Assembly (NCBI GenBank): GCA_947458795.1
Contig: CANHCD010000001.1
Location: 1 to 36,710 of the forward strand
DNA length: 36,710 bases
From: Cyclobacteriaceae bacterium
GTDB taxonomy: Bacteria > Bacteroidota > Bacteroidia > Cytophagales > Cyclobacteriaceae
Direction of reading: 5' to 3'
Of this stretch, positions 8,974 to 20,100 are shown piece by piece. The notes beneath the pieces were generated by a model. It ran no database searches and was not told the DNA's origin. It worked only from the letters and a program-made list of their open reading frames with translations. Position 1 is the first letter of the stretch, and every line of letters starts with the position of its first letter. The position numbers and the translations under genes are program-made.

Positions 8974-10245
8974 TTAACCTACGCGAACTTGCACGCGGTC
9001 AGGATTTGAAAAATAGCGGTTGCCGATAGACAACAGGTCCGCTGCAGTGAATTTTTTCAGGTAGTCAAACCGCTTTTCATAGAAGCTAAAATCCAGTCCT
9101 GCATAGTATACACCTTTAAATTGATCGATTAGGTCAAAGGGAGAGCTGAATTTGGTAAACAATTGGCCAATTAGGTAATTTTTCAAAATCTCAATCTCCT
9201 CTGGACTGGCCAATTGTGTACGGAGAATTTGAATTTCCTTTTCAATCTCTTCAAAGACTTCTTCCTGGTTCGCTTTTTTTACATCAGCAGCAATCACCCA
9301 ATAGGCATATTCGTCTAATTCAACCAAGGAAGAATGAATTCCGTAGGTGTGTCCTTTGTCTTCACGAATATTTTTTACGAGGCGTGAGCCAAAATAACCA
9401 CCCAGTAACGTATTGAATACGGCCAAGGCAGGGAAATCTTCGTGATGCTTTGGGATAGACCAAGCACCAAGTCGGATACTGCTCTGTACCGCATCTGCTC
9501 GATCTTCTAGGAGCAAGGCAGTCGATACTGGCGCCGGTAAACCTTGTTTTTTTGCCCCCTGCTTGAGTGGAAGCTGGTTTAAAGTGTCCAGAAGCTGCTC
9601 TAATTCATGCGGAGTAAAGTCTCCAGAAAGAAATAGACTGCAATCTTTCCACAGGTGATCCTGGTAATAGGCTTGAAGAAGTCCCGGCGTAATTTCCGAG
9701 ATATGTGCTTCCGTAATTTCTTGACCAAAAGGATGGCTTGGCCCAAACAAGCCCTTTTTGAAAAGCTGACCTGCTCTAGAACTCGGCTTTTCTTGGTCCA
9801 TTTTGAGGCTAAGTGCCCGTTGTGATTTTCTTTTTGCCAGGTTCTCCTCTGGAAATGTTGCCTCTGTAAAAAGGGAGATGAATGTGGGCAGTAGGGTAAA
9901 CAGGTGTTTTTTGATGCAGAGCAAACTCAATCCTTCCTGGGTATAGCTTAAGGTAGGATACACTTCCGCTCCATGAAAATCAAAGAGTTCTGCCAGCTGC
10001 TGCGCGGTAAATTTGCTTGTGCCTTCTTGAAGCATCTGCAGCGTAAAAGAGGGAATCAGCGCATGGCTATTTGGTAGAAGTGAACGGGAGCTATTTCCAA
10101 TTACTTCAAGCTTGACCGCATCAATACCTGGTGTGGAAAAATAATACACACTACTTCCACCAGCCAGCTGAAATTGCTGGGGAGCTGGTAATGTGAATTC
10201 AGTAGGGAGTGAAAATTGAGGCGCTTTCGAGCGATCTAAAGCCAT
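8974..10245 (-). CDS. M16 family peptidase-like protein, non-catalytic subunit
   Basis: MLQEGT region lacks HxxEH. C-terminal half has LLGGYFGSRLVKNIREDKGHTYG. Confidence 0.85.
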   Translation of the reverse strand: MALDRSKAPQFSLPTEFTLPAPQQFQLAGGSSVYYFSTPGIDAVKLEVIGNSSRSLLPNSHALIPSFTLQMLQEGTSKFTAQQLAELFDFHGAEVYPTLSYTQEGLSLLCIKKHLFTLLPTFISLFTEATFPEENLAKRKSQRALSLKMDQEKPSSRAGQLFKKGLFGPSHPFGQEITEAHISEITPGLLQAYYQDHLWKDCSLFLSGDFTPHELEQLLDTLNQLPLKQGAKKQGLPAPVSTALLLEDRADAVQSSIRLGAWSIPKHHEDFPALAVFNTLLGGYFGSRLVKNIREDKGHTYGIHSSLVELDEYAYWVIAADVKKANQEEVFEEIEKEIQILRTQLASPEEIEILKNYLIGQLFTKFSSPFDLIDQFKGVYYAGLDFSFYEKRFDYLKKFTAADLLSIGNRYFSNPDRVQVRVG

Positions 10246-11471
10246 TAATCTGCAGTAGCAATGGAAGCGATTGAATAGCGGAGCGAAAACCGGAGGGTTT
10301 CTGCGAGTGGATGGTTTTGAACCTGTGGAACTAAATAAGAGAAGTCTAAACCAAGGCGCTTCATGGTGAAACCAGCACCCATCGTGAAATACCTACGACC
10401 ACCTTTGGTGTCGTCCTCATAAAAATAGCCAGTGCGAAGCGCAAACTTGTTCGCATACAAATACTCCATTCCAAAAGAAAGGGTTAATTCACTCAACTCT
10501 TCCTGGGAACCTCCAGGAGCATCGTTGAAGGAGCCAAACATTCCAGAAATTAGCGGTCTATTGGGGTCTTTTCCTGCATCAATTATCAGATTACCACTTG
10601 CGTCCGTGGCTAGAGTTCCGTCTGAATTCGTTTTGTAGGTAGGTGGTGTGGGAACCATCAACTTGTTGGCATCCAAAGCGAAAGTCAAGGAGCTGGTTGC
10701 ATTTAAATTAATCATGTAAGCAGTACCCACGCGGAAGGTTGTTGGGATGTAATCCAAATCTTCTGCACTGTTGTAAGTGATCTTTGGACCAATGTTCGTA
10801 AGGGTAACTCCCCAAGACCAAACGCCCTCTTTCTGTCCAACGAGAATTGGTTTCTGATGGTAAAGTCCAATGTCTGTGCCTACGCTTATTCCAGGGCGAG
10901 ATTCGGTACCTCCAGAAGCAGACATGTTGCCAGAGAGGTTGGAATGGATAAATCGTGCTGAAATACCTAAGCCTAGGTTTGCGGATAATCTTCTGGAATA
11001 AGTACCTCCAATAGCGATATCGCGAGGATTAAACTCTCCGATAGGATTGCCTCTTCCATCTGTGAGGGAGATATCTCCCATGTTGAAGTAGCGAAGGTCC
11101 AATCCAAAAGCAGAGTTTTCATCTATTCTTTTGTAGCCTGAAAGGTAGCTTAAGGACATGTCATTGACCAGTTTTCCTAGCCATGGAGAGTAGGAAAGCG
11201 AAAAGCCGTAATCATCCTTGATAAAGGCAAGCTTTCCTGCATTCCAATAAGTCGAATTTGCATCTGGGGAGGTTGCTACACCTACATCACCCATGGCCGA
11301 ATGGCGGGAGTCTGGAGCAAAATTTAAAAAAGGAACTGCTGTGGTGATCACTCTCCGGCTAGGATCTTGACCTGAAATAATCACACTGTTTTGCGCAAAG
11401 GAGGTAAGTCCTGCAAGTACAAAAACTAGCGTCAAAATAGAATGCTTTCTTGAAATGGCCTTATTGTTCAT
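10245..11471 (-). CDS. porV: Type IX secretion outer-membrane shuttle PorV
   Basis: ITTAVPFLNFAPDSRHSAMGDVGVAT, YSPWL, NKLMVPTPP and HPLAETLRFSL motifs. Start 11471 gives a signal peptide and an ATGA overlap with porU. Confidence 0.93.
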   Translation of the reverse strand: MNNKAISRKHSILTLVFVLAGLTSFAQNSVIISGQDPSRRVITTAVPFLNFAPDSRHSAMGDVGVATSPDANSTYWNAGKLAFIKDDYGFSLSYSPWLGKLVNDMSLSYLSGYKRIDENSAFGLDLRYFNMGDISLTDGRGNPIGEFNPRDIAIGGTYSRRLSANLGLGISARFIHSNLSGNMSASGGTESRPGISVGTDIGLYHQKPILVGQKEGVWSWGVTLTNIGPKITYNSAEDLDYIPTTFRVGTAYMINLNATSSLTFALDANKLMVPTPPTYKTNSDGTLATDASGNLIIDAGKDPNRPLISGMFGSFNDAPGGSQEELSELTLSFGMEYLYANKFALRTGYFYEDDTKGGRRYFTMGAGFTMKRLGLDFSYLVPQVQNHPLAETLRFSLRYSIASIATAD

Positions 11472-14400
11472 TGAATCACCAGTTTTCCGCTTACCGAATC
11501 CACTTCCTGTGAAGATTCCGACTGCAATGTTAAGTTGTAAATATAAGTTCCTTTCGCTGGATATTTCGTTTTGCTTTGGAAAAAAATCCATATCCAGTCT
11601 TCGATTTTTTCATCCGCATTTACAAAACGTCTTTTCTCCGAAAATAGTACTTGCCCTTGCGTAGAATAAACAGTCCATGTTGCCTGCAGGGTTTCCTGAG
11701 GCCGATTGTGCTGAAAGCGAATGGAAGCAGTTGTATGGCTTGGATTGGGGTAGATTTGATGTGAAATCACCCGCATTTGCGCACTGTTTTGGACTTCAAG
11801 GGAGAAAGAATAAATCCCTTTATTTCCAAAATTATCCCAAGCGAGTACTTCTACAGTATTTTTCCCTTCCTTCAATCCAGTCAGTAAAACTTGGGCTGTG
11901 CCTTTTTCAAAACTCCCCTCAAGTGCCCGATACGCCTGATAAATCTGCTGTGGAGGGCCCTGGTTTATTCGTAGGTGCATTAGCCTATCTGGAAGTAGCG
12001 CTGAACTATTGAGGCCACTTGGATCCTGGAACGTAAGTAATACTTTAACTTGAGTGCTGGAGATAGGTGGGATATTAGCAATCCCTTTTCCATCTATTTC
12101 GGCAGTTATTTGGGGTCCATTTTGATCTAAATCTCCCTTTTTTTGGTTTTTAAAGGGTAAGGATGCCACACCAGCAGCTTGAATCTTTTTCTCCTTGTCC
12201 CAAACCTGAATCCGTAGCTGTATTTTTTCAGGGCTGCTTTCCAGTCCTTCGGGGAGGATAAAATTGTTTTCTATTTTCCCATTCCGAACAGCTCCCTCTC
12301 CTGAGAATAGCCGTTGGATCTCCTCTGAAAACTCAAAAGAAGAATTTTCATCTCCTAGAGTTTTGGATGGACTGGCTTGTCCCCAAATCTCTAGCCTGAA
12401 ACTCCCTTGAATGCTGGATAGAAAAGCTTGTGTGAGTGGATCGACCACCACTGCTGTAAGCTTCATCGGAGTCAAGTTGGACAGGGTGTCCACTGCAGTT
12501 TGATTGGTGAGCGCAACTAATTTTTCAATGCGAATGCTAGCTTCTGGAAGTGCCAATCGCAGGCTTGGATCTCCCATCAGCGAAAAATTCCGATTGTAGG
12601 AGCCATTCAAACTTTTATTTTTTGTTTGTCGATACAAAGACCCCAAATCCACAGCGCCCAACTTTTCTGCAGCTGCTAGGGCCTGAATAAAGGCTTCATT
12701 GATCGTAAAGTTGACAGAGCTAAAGACGGGTCTTCCCGTTGCGAGGAGGCCTATAGCCCCTTTTGAAGTGGCAAAGAGCAACTCCTCTGCTGCCGACCGC
12801 ACGAAGGGGCTATCGTGTCGTCCAAATTCGCAGGTAGCGGTAAACCAAAGTGGAAGTTGGGCTTGATTTGGCCAATTTTCTAGGTCCTGAACCTTAAAAA
12901 TTTCTTCGGCAGTGAGGGTGGTTTCATTTCCATGGCCTACATAATTGAGCAAAAGGGTGCCCGAGTTGAGGCTTTCAAGAATTGCTTTTTTTGCAGCAGG
13001 AGATTCTTGCCTTCCACCCGTTTTTGTTTGTTCAAACCGATCCAGGTAAAGTTTTTGGCTGCGGTAAAAGGGAAGATTTTTTTCGAGATAGGCAGCATGA
13101 ACTTCAGAGTCGCGCATGTGAACTCCATTGTCTCCATCGTCTGCCAAGAAGGTGATGGTACTGCTCGGGAAGGCATCCCCCTGTTTTTCATAGTTGCTAC
13201 TTTTTTCTAGCCAACTTTTAGCTTCCGCAAAGGTGATCGCAGGTACGCGGCCGACGCCAATTCGTAAGAGTGCATCTCCTGACTTACTTTCTTCCCATTC
13301 TCCAGATCCCCAGTCCAAAATACCGAAGTAATCGTCCGAACTGTAGGTAGTCAAGGGATCTAAGCTAGACCTGCTGGTGTAGATCGGAACTAAGTTGGGG
13401 CGGCCTCCCAACTTCTTTTTGTAGTCAAAGGTGCCTTTTCCTAGGAACAATACATTAGCTAGCTGCTTACCTTGGTGGTATTCCTGGGCAATGTAATTTC
13501 GAATGGCGCTGACATCAGGGTTGCCATAGCCCATCCAATCGTAGATTTCTGAAGTGAACACCACCTGGGTTGGGATTCCTTGGCTGGCTTTGAACTCCTG
13601 AAATTGTTGAGCCACTTGCTTCAATTGTGGAACAGTGATCACCATCAATTTTGGTGAATTGGGTGTTGTGGTTTTGGGAGTAATTGCTTTGAAGTTCCCC
13701 AGTTCCTTTGCGTTTTTAGGTAAAAAAAGGACCCATTTTTTCCCAAGCGCAGATTTCCCTTGGGTGTAGCGAATAGGCTGGTAAAAATCGCTAATCTCCC
13801 AAGTTTGAAGGCCTGTCTCTAGTGCGATTGGATTTTCTTTTTTCCCAAAAAACAACCCTTCTTTTAAGGTTGAATTGGTAAATGGGATGCCAACTAAGGC
13901 AGCATCCAAATGTCCAGACCCTACACCTTGAAAGCTAAATCGGAGTTGGTCTAGGCGGTCCCCCTTTGGAGTAAATGTTTTATGGATACGAACCTCATCG
14001 CCCTTGATGGCATAGGTGCTGTTGGAGATTGGAGTGAAAATAACCTCTTCCAATTGTTCGGCATCGGTCCACACTCGGATGGATGATGGACCAGTGGATT
14101 GGCTCATCAACCGAGCGTGAAGGAGCCAGGGAGCAGCAGTACCTGCATTTTTTCCAAAATTGATCGTTAAACTTTGGCCTTGTCGAATCGGAAGTGAATA
14201 CCAGGATCTCCCCGAGTTGAGCAGGTTGATTTTTTCTTCTTTTACTGCAAGGAGCTGGTACCAGATGGGAAGGGTGCTGGCAGTGGTGGCTGTACCGCTT
14301 TTTGCTTCCATCCTTCTTGGGCCTGATTTTTTGCCCAGTACATAGCGGAGGGTATCGGTGTAGAGGTGATGGGAATAGCTTAGTTCGCCCTCTTTGGTAA

Positions 14401-14692
14401 ACTCAGAACTATGGGGTCCTGCCAAATAAAAAAAGAGTTGATTTTCAAAGAGCCAGGTAGGAATTTCCTGTGGCTGCAGTTGTGCTGAATCCAGTACTTG
14501 AGGCAGCATGCCTGGATATCCATAGAGGGCAACTTCCTCCAAACTTTCAAAACCCAATTTCCGAGCTTGATCAGCGCTTAGTTTGTATACCCCAGGCTCC
14601 GAAACGCCTGCAGTGAAGCGATAGGATTGGGAGAAGGTGGTGTGGCAAAACAGTCCCAAAAAAAGGAATAGGGCACAGCTTTGCTTGCTCAT
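11468..14692 (-). CDS. porU: Type IX secretion sortase PorU (peptidase C25)
   Basis: Signal peptide, SSDDYFG, GVGRVP, catalytic NYVGHG and TATCEFG, LMGDP, and a C-terminal CTD (YPNP...KGTYIY...KLVIQ). Directly upstream of porV. Confidence 0.92.
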   Translation of the reverse strand: MSKQSCALFLFLGLFCHTTFSQSYRFTAGVSEPGVYKLSADQARKLGFESLEEVALYGYPGMLPQVLDSAQLQPQEIPTWLFENQLFFYLAGPHSSEFTKEGELSYSHHLYTDTLRYVLGKKSGPRRMEAKSGTATTASTLPIWYQLLAVKEEKINLLNSGRSWYSLPIRQGQSLTINFGKNAGTAAPWLLHARLMSQSTGPSSIRVWTDAEQLEEVIFTPISNSTYAIKGDEVRIHKTFTPKGDRLDQLRFSFQGVGSGHLDAALVGIPFTNSTLKEGLFFGKKENPIALETGLQTWEISDFYQPIRYTQGKSALGKKWVLFLPKNAKELGNFKAITPKTTTPNSPKLMVITVPQLKQVAQQFQEFKASQGIPTQVVFTSEIYDWMGYGNPDVSAIRNYIAQEYHQGKQLANVLFLGKGTFDYKKKLGGRPNLVPIYTSRSSLDPLTTYSSDDYFGILDWGSGEWEESKSGDALLRIGVGRVPAITFAEAKSWLEKSSNYEKQGDAFPSSTITFLADDGDNGVHMRDSEVHAAYLEKNLPFYRSQKLYLDRFEQTKTGGRQESPAAKKAILESLNSGTLLLNYVGHGNETTLTAEEIFKVQDLENWPNQAQLPLWFTATCEFGRHDSPFVRSAAEELLFATSKGAIGLLATGRPVFSSVNFTINEAFIQALAAAEKLGAVDLGSLYRQTKNKSLNGSYNRNFSLMGDPSLRLALPEASIRIEKLVALTNQTAVDTLSNLTPMKLTAVVVDPLTQAFLSSIQGSFRLEIWGQASPSKTLGDENSSFEFSEEIQRLFSGEGAVRNGKIENNFILPEGLESSPEKIQLRIQVWDKEKKIQAAGVASLPFKNQKKGDLDQNGPQITAEIDGKGIANIPPISSTQVKVLLTFQDPSGLNSSALLPDRLMHLRINQGPPQQIYQAYRALEGSFEKGTAQVLLTGLKEGKNTVEVLAWDNFGNKGIYSFSLEVQNSAQMRVISHQIYPNPSHTTASIRFQHNRPQETLQATWTVYSTQGQVLFSEKRRFVNADEKIEDWIWIFFQSKTKYPAKGTYIYNLTLQSESSQEVDSVSGKLVIQ

Positions 14693-15381
14693 TTTTTACG
14701 CAACATGTTTTCCATCCCCGAAAGTAGGAGGTAGGCAAGAATCACCAATGGGATGCCCGCTAGCTGTAGCCAAACCAGGCAAACTGCCCCGATTACGAGC
14801 AGGGTATACCGGTAGGAATTGTCTGTGAAACTGCTGTTTTTAAATTTTAAAGCAATCAGTGGTAGTTCAGCAACCAAGAGTAAACTAGTCAGCCAAGCAA
14901 TCACTACCAAAGCAATGGGACTACTTAGCCAGGGGCTCAACTCAGGCCATCGGGCTGCTAGGTAAGGGATTGTGGTAAGCAATAGTGCATTGGCAGGTGT
15001 AGGGAGCCCAATGAAGCGATCACTTTGCCGAGTGTCCAGATTGAATTTTGCGAGTCTATAGGCAGACAGCATGGGGATGATGAGCGTGCAATAGGGGAGG
15101 AAGCTAGCCTCCGTTTGGCTCTTGGTAAGGGAATACAGGAGTATTCCTGGAAGCACCCCAAAGGATACAACATCCGCCAAGGAGTCCAACTCTTTTCCCA
15201 TATCACTTTGAACCTTTAACAATCGGGCTGCAAAACCATCAAAAAAGTCGAATGTTGCTGATAGGATCACAAAATAGGCCCCATAGAGCGGCTGGCCTTC
15301 AAGAACCCACAGGATTCCCAAGACACCAGAAAGGAGATTCAGGAGGGTAATGAAGTTGGGGAGCTGTGCTTTTAGGTTCAC
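14689..15381 (-). CDS. pssA: CDP-diacylglycerol--serine O-phosphatidyltransferase
   Basis: PNFITLLN, DFFDGFAAR...GKELDSLADVVSFG, RLAKFN and FIGLPTP motifs. GTG start overlaps the upstream stop. Confidence 0.88.
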   Translation of the reverse strand: MNLKAQLPNFITLLNLLSGVLGILWVLEGQPLYGAYFVILSATFDFFDGFAARLLKVQSDMGKELDSLADVVSFGVLPGILLYSLTKSQTEASFLPYCTLIIPMLSAYRLAKFNLDTRQSDRFIGLPTPANALLLTTIPYLAARWPELSPWLSSPIALVVIAWLTSLLLVAELPLIALKFKNSSFTDNSYRYTLLVIGAVCLVWLQLAGIPLVILAYLLLSGMENMLRKK

Positions 15382-16031
15382 GAGTATGCTTTTAGACCTA
15401 CAAAGGGGTTGTTTTTTTTCTCAAAACCAATGCTTGTTTCTGGGCCATGGCCGGGAAAAATCATTGTTTCTTCCGGGAGCACAAATAGCTGGGATTTGAT
15501 TTTTTCGAGGAGCAGGGCATGATTTCCACCTGGTAAGTCTGTGCGGCCGATGCTTCCTCTGAAGAGCGCATCACCTGCAATGCAGCGCTTGCTCGCTTCA
15601 TGGTAGAACACCAAGTGCCCTGGCGCATGTCCTGGAACAAAAATACAGCGTACTATTTCTTTGCCGACCTGAATTTCTTGACCTTCTGTTAGAAAGGAGC
15701 TTGCCGTAGCGGGTACATAGTCTCGAAAGCCATAGTTGGGGGCATATACTTCCACTGATTTAAGGACCGGAACTTCCAAGGCATGAATCTGTAAGGAGAT
15801 TTGAAATCGGTCCATGGCCCAGGCATTGCCAAGCACATGGTCGATGTGGCAGTGGGTGTTTAGCAGTTGGGTGACTTGCAGTCCTTCTTCAACGATAAAT
15901 GCTTCCAACTCCCTTTTTTCTTCTTCGGTGTAGCATCCTGGATCAATAAGTGTGGCTGTGCCCTCCTCATCGTAAAGCAGGTAGGTATTCTCTTGAAAAG
16001 CGTTGAAGGTGAAGCACTTGATGTGAAGCAT
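15378..16031 (-). CDS. MBL-fold metallo-hydrolase (glyoxalase II / YcbL-like)
   Basis: THCHIDH, PGHAPG, GDALFRGSIGRTDLPGG and PGHGP motifs. Confidence 0.92.
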   Translation of the reverse strand: MLHIKCFTFNAFQENTYLLYDEEGTATLIDPGCYTEEEKRELEAFIVEEGLQVTQLLNTHCHIDHVLGNAWAMDRFQISLQIHALEVPVLKSVEVYAPNYGFRDYVPATASSFLTEGQEIQVGKEIVRCIFVPGHAPGHLVFYHEASKRCIAGDALFRGSIGRTDLPGGNHALLLEKIKSQLFVLPEETMIFPGHGPETSIGFEKKNNPFVGLKAYS

Positions 16032-16086
16032 GTGAAAAGTCGAAGAGATTAAAGCAAAGTAAAGAATTATGGGCTTAATTTAGGAC

Positions 16087-17136
16087 ATGGAAATTGATTT
16101 TTTAATCATTGGACAAGGATTAGCAGGCTCTGCCTTGGCCTATCGATTAATCAAGGAAGGTAAAAAAGTGGTGCTGCTAGATCAGCCGGCAGCGAATCGA
16201 AGCAGTCAGGTGGCGGCCGGTTTATTCAATCCTGTGACAGGAAGGAAAATGGTCAAAACCTGGAAGGGGGAACTCTTATTTCCAGAGATCGTACCTTTTT
16301 ACCAGGAGCTAGAGGAGGTGACTGGAAGAAAATTCCTGACCCAGCAAACCATTTATCGGCCTTTTCTATCCATCGAAGAGCAAAATGAATGGATGGGCCA
16401 TTCGAGCGATCCTGCGTTACAGCCTTTTGTTCAAAAAATTGAGGTGGAGAGCCAGCATGAAAACCTCAAAGATCCTTTTGGAGGGGTGAAGCTTCAGCTT
16501 TCTGGGTGGCTAGACCTGCCTACTTTTTTGGAGGGGATGGTTGCCTATTTTGGAAATAGATTAATTCAGGAAACGTATCAGGAAGAAAAGTTGCAGCAGG
16601 AAGGGGAGGCAGGCTGGAGGTATGGAGCCCTCAAGGCAAAGGCAGTAATTTATTGCAATGGATTGGGTGCGATGGAGTCCCGATTTTTTTCATTTTTACC
16701 TTTTGCTCCAGTCAAAGGGGAGATCTTAGAAGTGAAGCAGAATTTCTCACCCCCCTTTATTGTCAATCGAGGTGTTTTTCGCGTGCCTTTGGCCAATGGG
16801 AATTTTAGGGTAGGGTCCACTTACACCTGGCATGATCTAGAGGTAGGGCCAACAGAAACAGCAAAAAAGGAGTTATTGGAAAAGTTGACCGAAGTGGTAC
16901 GTGTGCCTGTTCAAGAGATTTGTGGGCACAAAGTGGGAATTCGTCCTGCAACAAAAGATAGAAAACCATTTTTAGGGAAACATCCTGAAGCACAAAGCGT
17001 TTACATCTTCAATGGATTTGGTGCTAAGGGTGTGTCTTTGGTTCCTTATTTTAGTGCAGTAATGCGGGATTTTCTTTTGGAAGGGCATCCACTACCGGAG
17101 GAAGTTTCGATCTCTCGGTATTTTACCTATATTTAA
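16087..17136 (+). CDS. FAD-dependent oxidoreductase (glycine oxidase/DAO family)
   Basis: IIGQGLAG, SSQVAAGLFNP, PVKGE, VGST, GIRP and NGFGAKG motifs. Confidence 0.88.
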   Translation: MEIDFLIIGQGLAGSALAYRLIKEGKKVVLLDQPAANRSSQVAAGLFNPVTGRKMVKTWKGELLFPEIVPFYQELEEVTGRKFLTQQTIYRPFLSIEEQNEWMGHSSDPALQPFVQKIEVESQHENLKDPFGGVKLQLSGWLDLPTFLEGMVAYFGNRLIQETYQEEKLQQEGEAGWRYGALKAKAVIYCNGLGAMESRFFSFLPFAPVKGEILEVKQNFSPPFIVNRGVFRVPLANGNFRVGSTYTWHDLEVGPTETAKKELLEKLTEVVRVPVQEICGHKVGIRPATKDRKPFLGKHPEAQSVYIFNGFGAKGVSLVPYFSAVMRDFLLEGHPLPEEVSISRYFTYI

Positions 17137-17157
17137 AACCTAACTCTATCGTTGGAA

Positions 17158-20100
17158 ATGCGAATGCGTGTATTTCGATACCTTTTTTTGATCCTCTTTC
17201 TTGGCTGCGGGACAGAAGCATGGGCTCAATTTGACCAGGAGCGCTTTGGCAAAAACCGTGTTCAGCACAAGGAGTTCAACTGGTATTTCTATACTTCAGC
17301 CAATTTTGAAGTCTATTATTACGACAAAGGTGGCGTAAATGCCAAGATGGCCATTGAATTTTTAGAGTCTGAATTCAATAAGTTGACTCAAAACATTGGG
17401 TATGTAGCCTACACCAAGCCCCGAATTTACCTTTACAATTCCCCGGAAGAGCGACTTCAAAGTAATTTGGACCTCAATGCGGAGCAATATACCGAAGAGG
17501 GACAAACCAAATTTACGCGTCTTGTCGCAGAGGTAGCCTACAAGGGGCGGATGGATTTATTCAAGGAAGACTTGTTGTTTGCCACCTCCAAGGTCATTGT
17601 GCGAGAGATGCTGTATGGAGCTTCTGTTGCGGATGCATTTCAAGCCAACTTGATTACCAATTTCCCAGATTGGTATGTCGATGGGATAGCAAATTACCTA
17701 GCCAAAGGCTGGAGCCGCGAAATGGACGATTACATCCGGCGCTATTTAAAGAATACGACCAATCCAAAGTTGCATACGCTCACTGATTTGGAGGCGGGAC
17801 TTGTAGGGCAGTCCATTTGGAATTACATCTCAGAAAAATATGGGAGGAGGTATGTCTCCAGTATCCTCAATCTTTCTCGAATCAATAGAAGCGAAGAAAA
17901 CAGCATTGCAAACACGATTGGTATCAATATCAAATCATTTCTTACCGATTGGCAGCAATTCTATTTAAAAGTCAACGAGCCGGTTTATAGTAATTTCAAA
18001 ACCTTAGATTCCAAAAAAGCCATTGCCTCTACTTCTTCTAGGGTAGATGGAGCGATTACAGATGTGAAGTTTAGTCCAGATGGCCTCCACCTAGCCTATG
18101 TGCTTAATAATGCAGGTAAAGCAACGGTTTGGGTTCGTGATCTCGCTTCAGGGACTCAACTTCGAATCTATCAGGGTGGATCGAAGCATGAGGAACTGCC
18201 ACCGAACTTGCATGCGCCCGTCATTGCGTGGAGGGATTCAGCGACTTTAGCGATCGCTACATTCAAGCGTGGGTTGACAACCTTGAGGCAACGATCCTTG
18301 GATGGTTCTTCTCGGGACAAGGTATTTCTACGTAACATTACTCAGATCCTTAGTTTTGATTTTAATGAGTCTGGGAAAAACATGGTTCTTTCCGCCATTT
18401 CAAATGGAAAGACAGATCTCTACACTCTTAATTTAAGAGGGCAGGGCAAGCGCCTCACTGACAATATTTTTGATGAGCTGACCCCTGTTTTCTTGAATGA
18501 TTCGACGATTGTGTATTCGAGTAACTTTACAGAATTGCCAGATTCGGTCCTACAAAAAGCTCCTGTCTTGGCTAATTTCCCAGCCCAATACAATTTGTAT
18601 CGAGTTCAAGTGCTGAAGGACACCACGGTATATACCAAGTTGACCAATGCGAATAGCAAGAATACATTTCCCAGAAAGGTCAATGCCAACAACTTAGTTT
18701 TTTTGAGTGACCTAAGTGGGATCTCCAACCTCGTAAAGCATAACATTGGAAATCAAGTTTCAACACAAATCTCCTCCTTTGATACGAGTATAGAGGTGTT
18801 TGATGTGAATTCCAGAATGAATAAGCTAGCCTATGCTGTCCGTAATGGGAAAGAGTCCGAGCTGTTTGTGGATACCTACACCGGAGTCGATCAATTTACA
18901 CCAAGTACACCAAGGCTTCAATTGGCTCAAGCGAAAGAATTAAATGAACGCCTTGCTGCCCGAAGGATCCTTGAGGCCAAAACGCAGCAGGCTACTCGAG
19001 CCAAGCAGGAAAAATTAGCGGGCCCAGAACTTGTGGCTCCCATTACTTCCTTGGACACGATTTCTAAAAAAACATCTTCCTTGACCACCGATCGTTTGCG
19101 ATTTGAAACCAGGAGAGGAGTGAATACAGAAAACTACACCTTTGATTCAATCCCTACCAAAACGCCAACCTCAACAGGGGCAGTAGCCAGTAATGCCGAA
19201 GTAGGAAAAAGCAATTTGTTGGAAACCTTCCGAAAGCAAAATTTGCAGAAGATGGTCTCTGGGCCTCGCCCAATGGAAACTCAATTCTTCACGAACCACA
19301 TCAATTCCCGCTTTGTGGTAGATCCCCTTCGCGGCTTTGGAATAAGTCTTCAAGGCAAGATGACTGATGTGTTGGATAATCACCTCTTTATGGGAGGCAT
19401 TATGACTTCCTTGGACTTTGATTCGGGTGGAGACATTTGGTTTGAATACGAATACCTAAAATCCCGACTTGACTTCAGAGGGAGGTATGATCGAAAAACA
19501 CTTCGGGTAACAGACGGAGACTTTAGTTTTCAGAAATATGTGCTTACCAAAGTGGAGACAGGCGTCTCCTACCCGCTCACCATTCATTCCCGCGTGTATG
19601 CCGCTCCATTTATAGCCAAAACGCAGTACTTCAACCTGAACGAGGATTCATTAATTTTAAGCAAAATACCAGAGTTGAATGAATTGCAAGTATCCTATGC
19701 GGGAGCAAAAATGGAGTTCGTGTACGACCGTACCGAACCCATGGGATTGTATGCATTTACGGGCACCAAAGGCAAGGTAGGTTTTCAGCACTACCAAGGA
19801 CTGAATTATGGGGATCGATCCTTCAGCAACTTATATGTGGACCTGAGGAACTACCAGAAAATCCACAAGAATATTGTCCTTGCTTCCAAATTCTATTTCG
19901 GCTCATTTATGGGTTCCAACCCCCAAACTTACTTGGTGGGAGGGATGGACAATTGGATGTTCAATAGTTTCTACAACCCTCCCGCCAATCGGCCTGAGCC
20001 ATCACCCGTTAGAAATCCCAATGGGCTAGAAAACTCCAACTTGCTTTTTGCTGATTTTATTGACCTGAGGGGTTTTGATTACGATGAGATCCGAGGTCGA

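Noticed and set aside
11472-11591. 40-aa N-terminal extension of PorV overlapping porU
   Set aside because: ATG 11471 gives a proper signal peptide and a standard 4-nt overlap.
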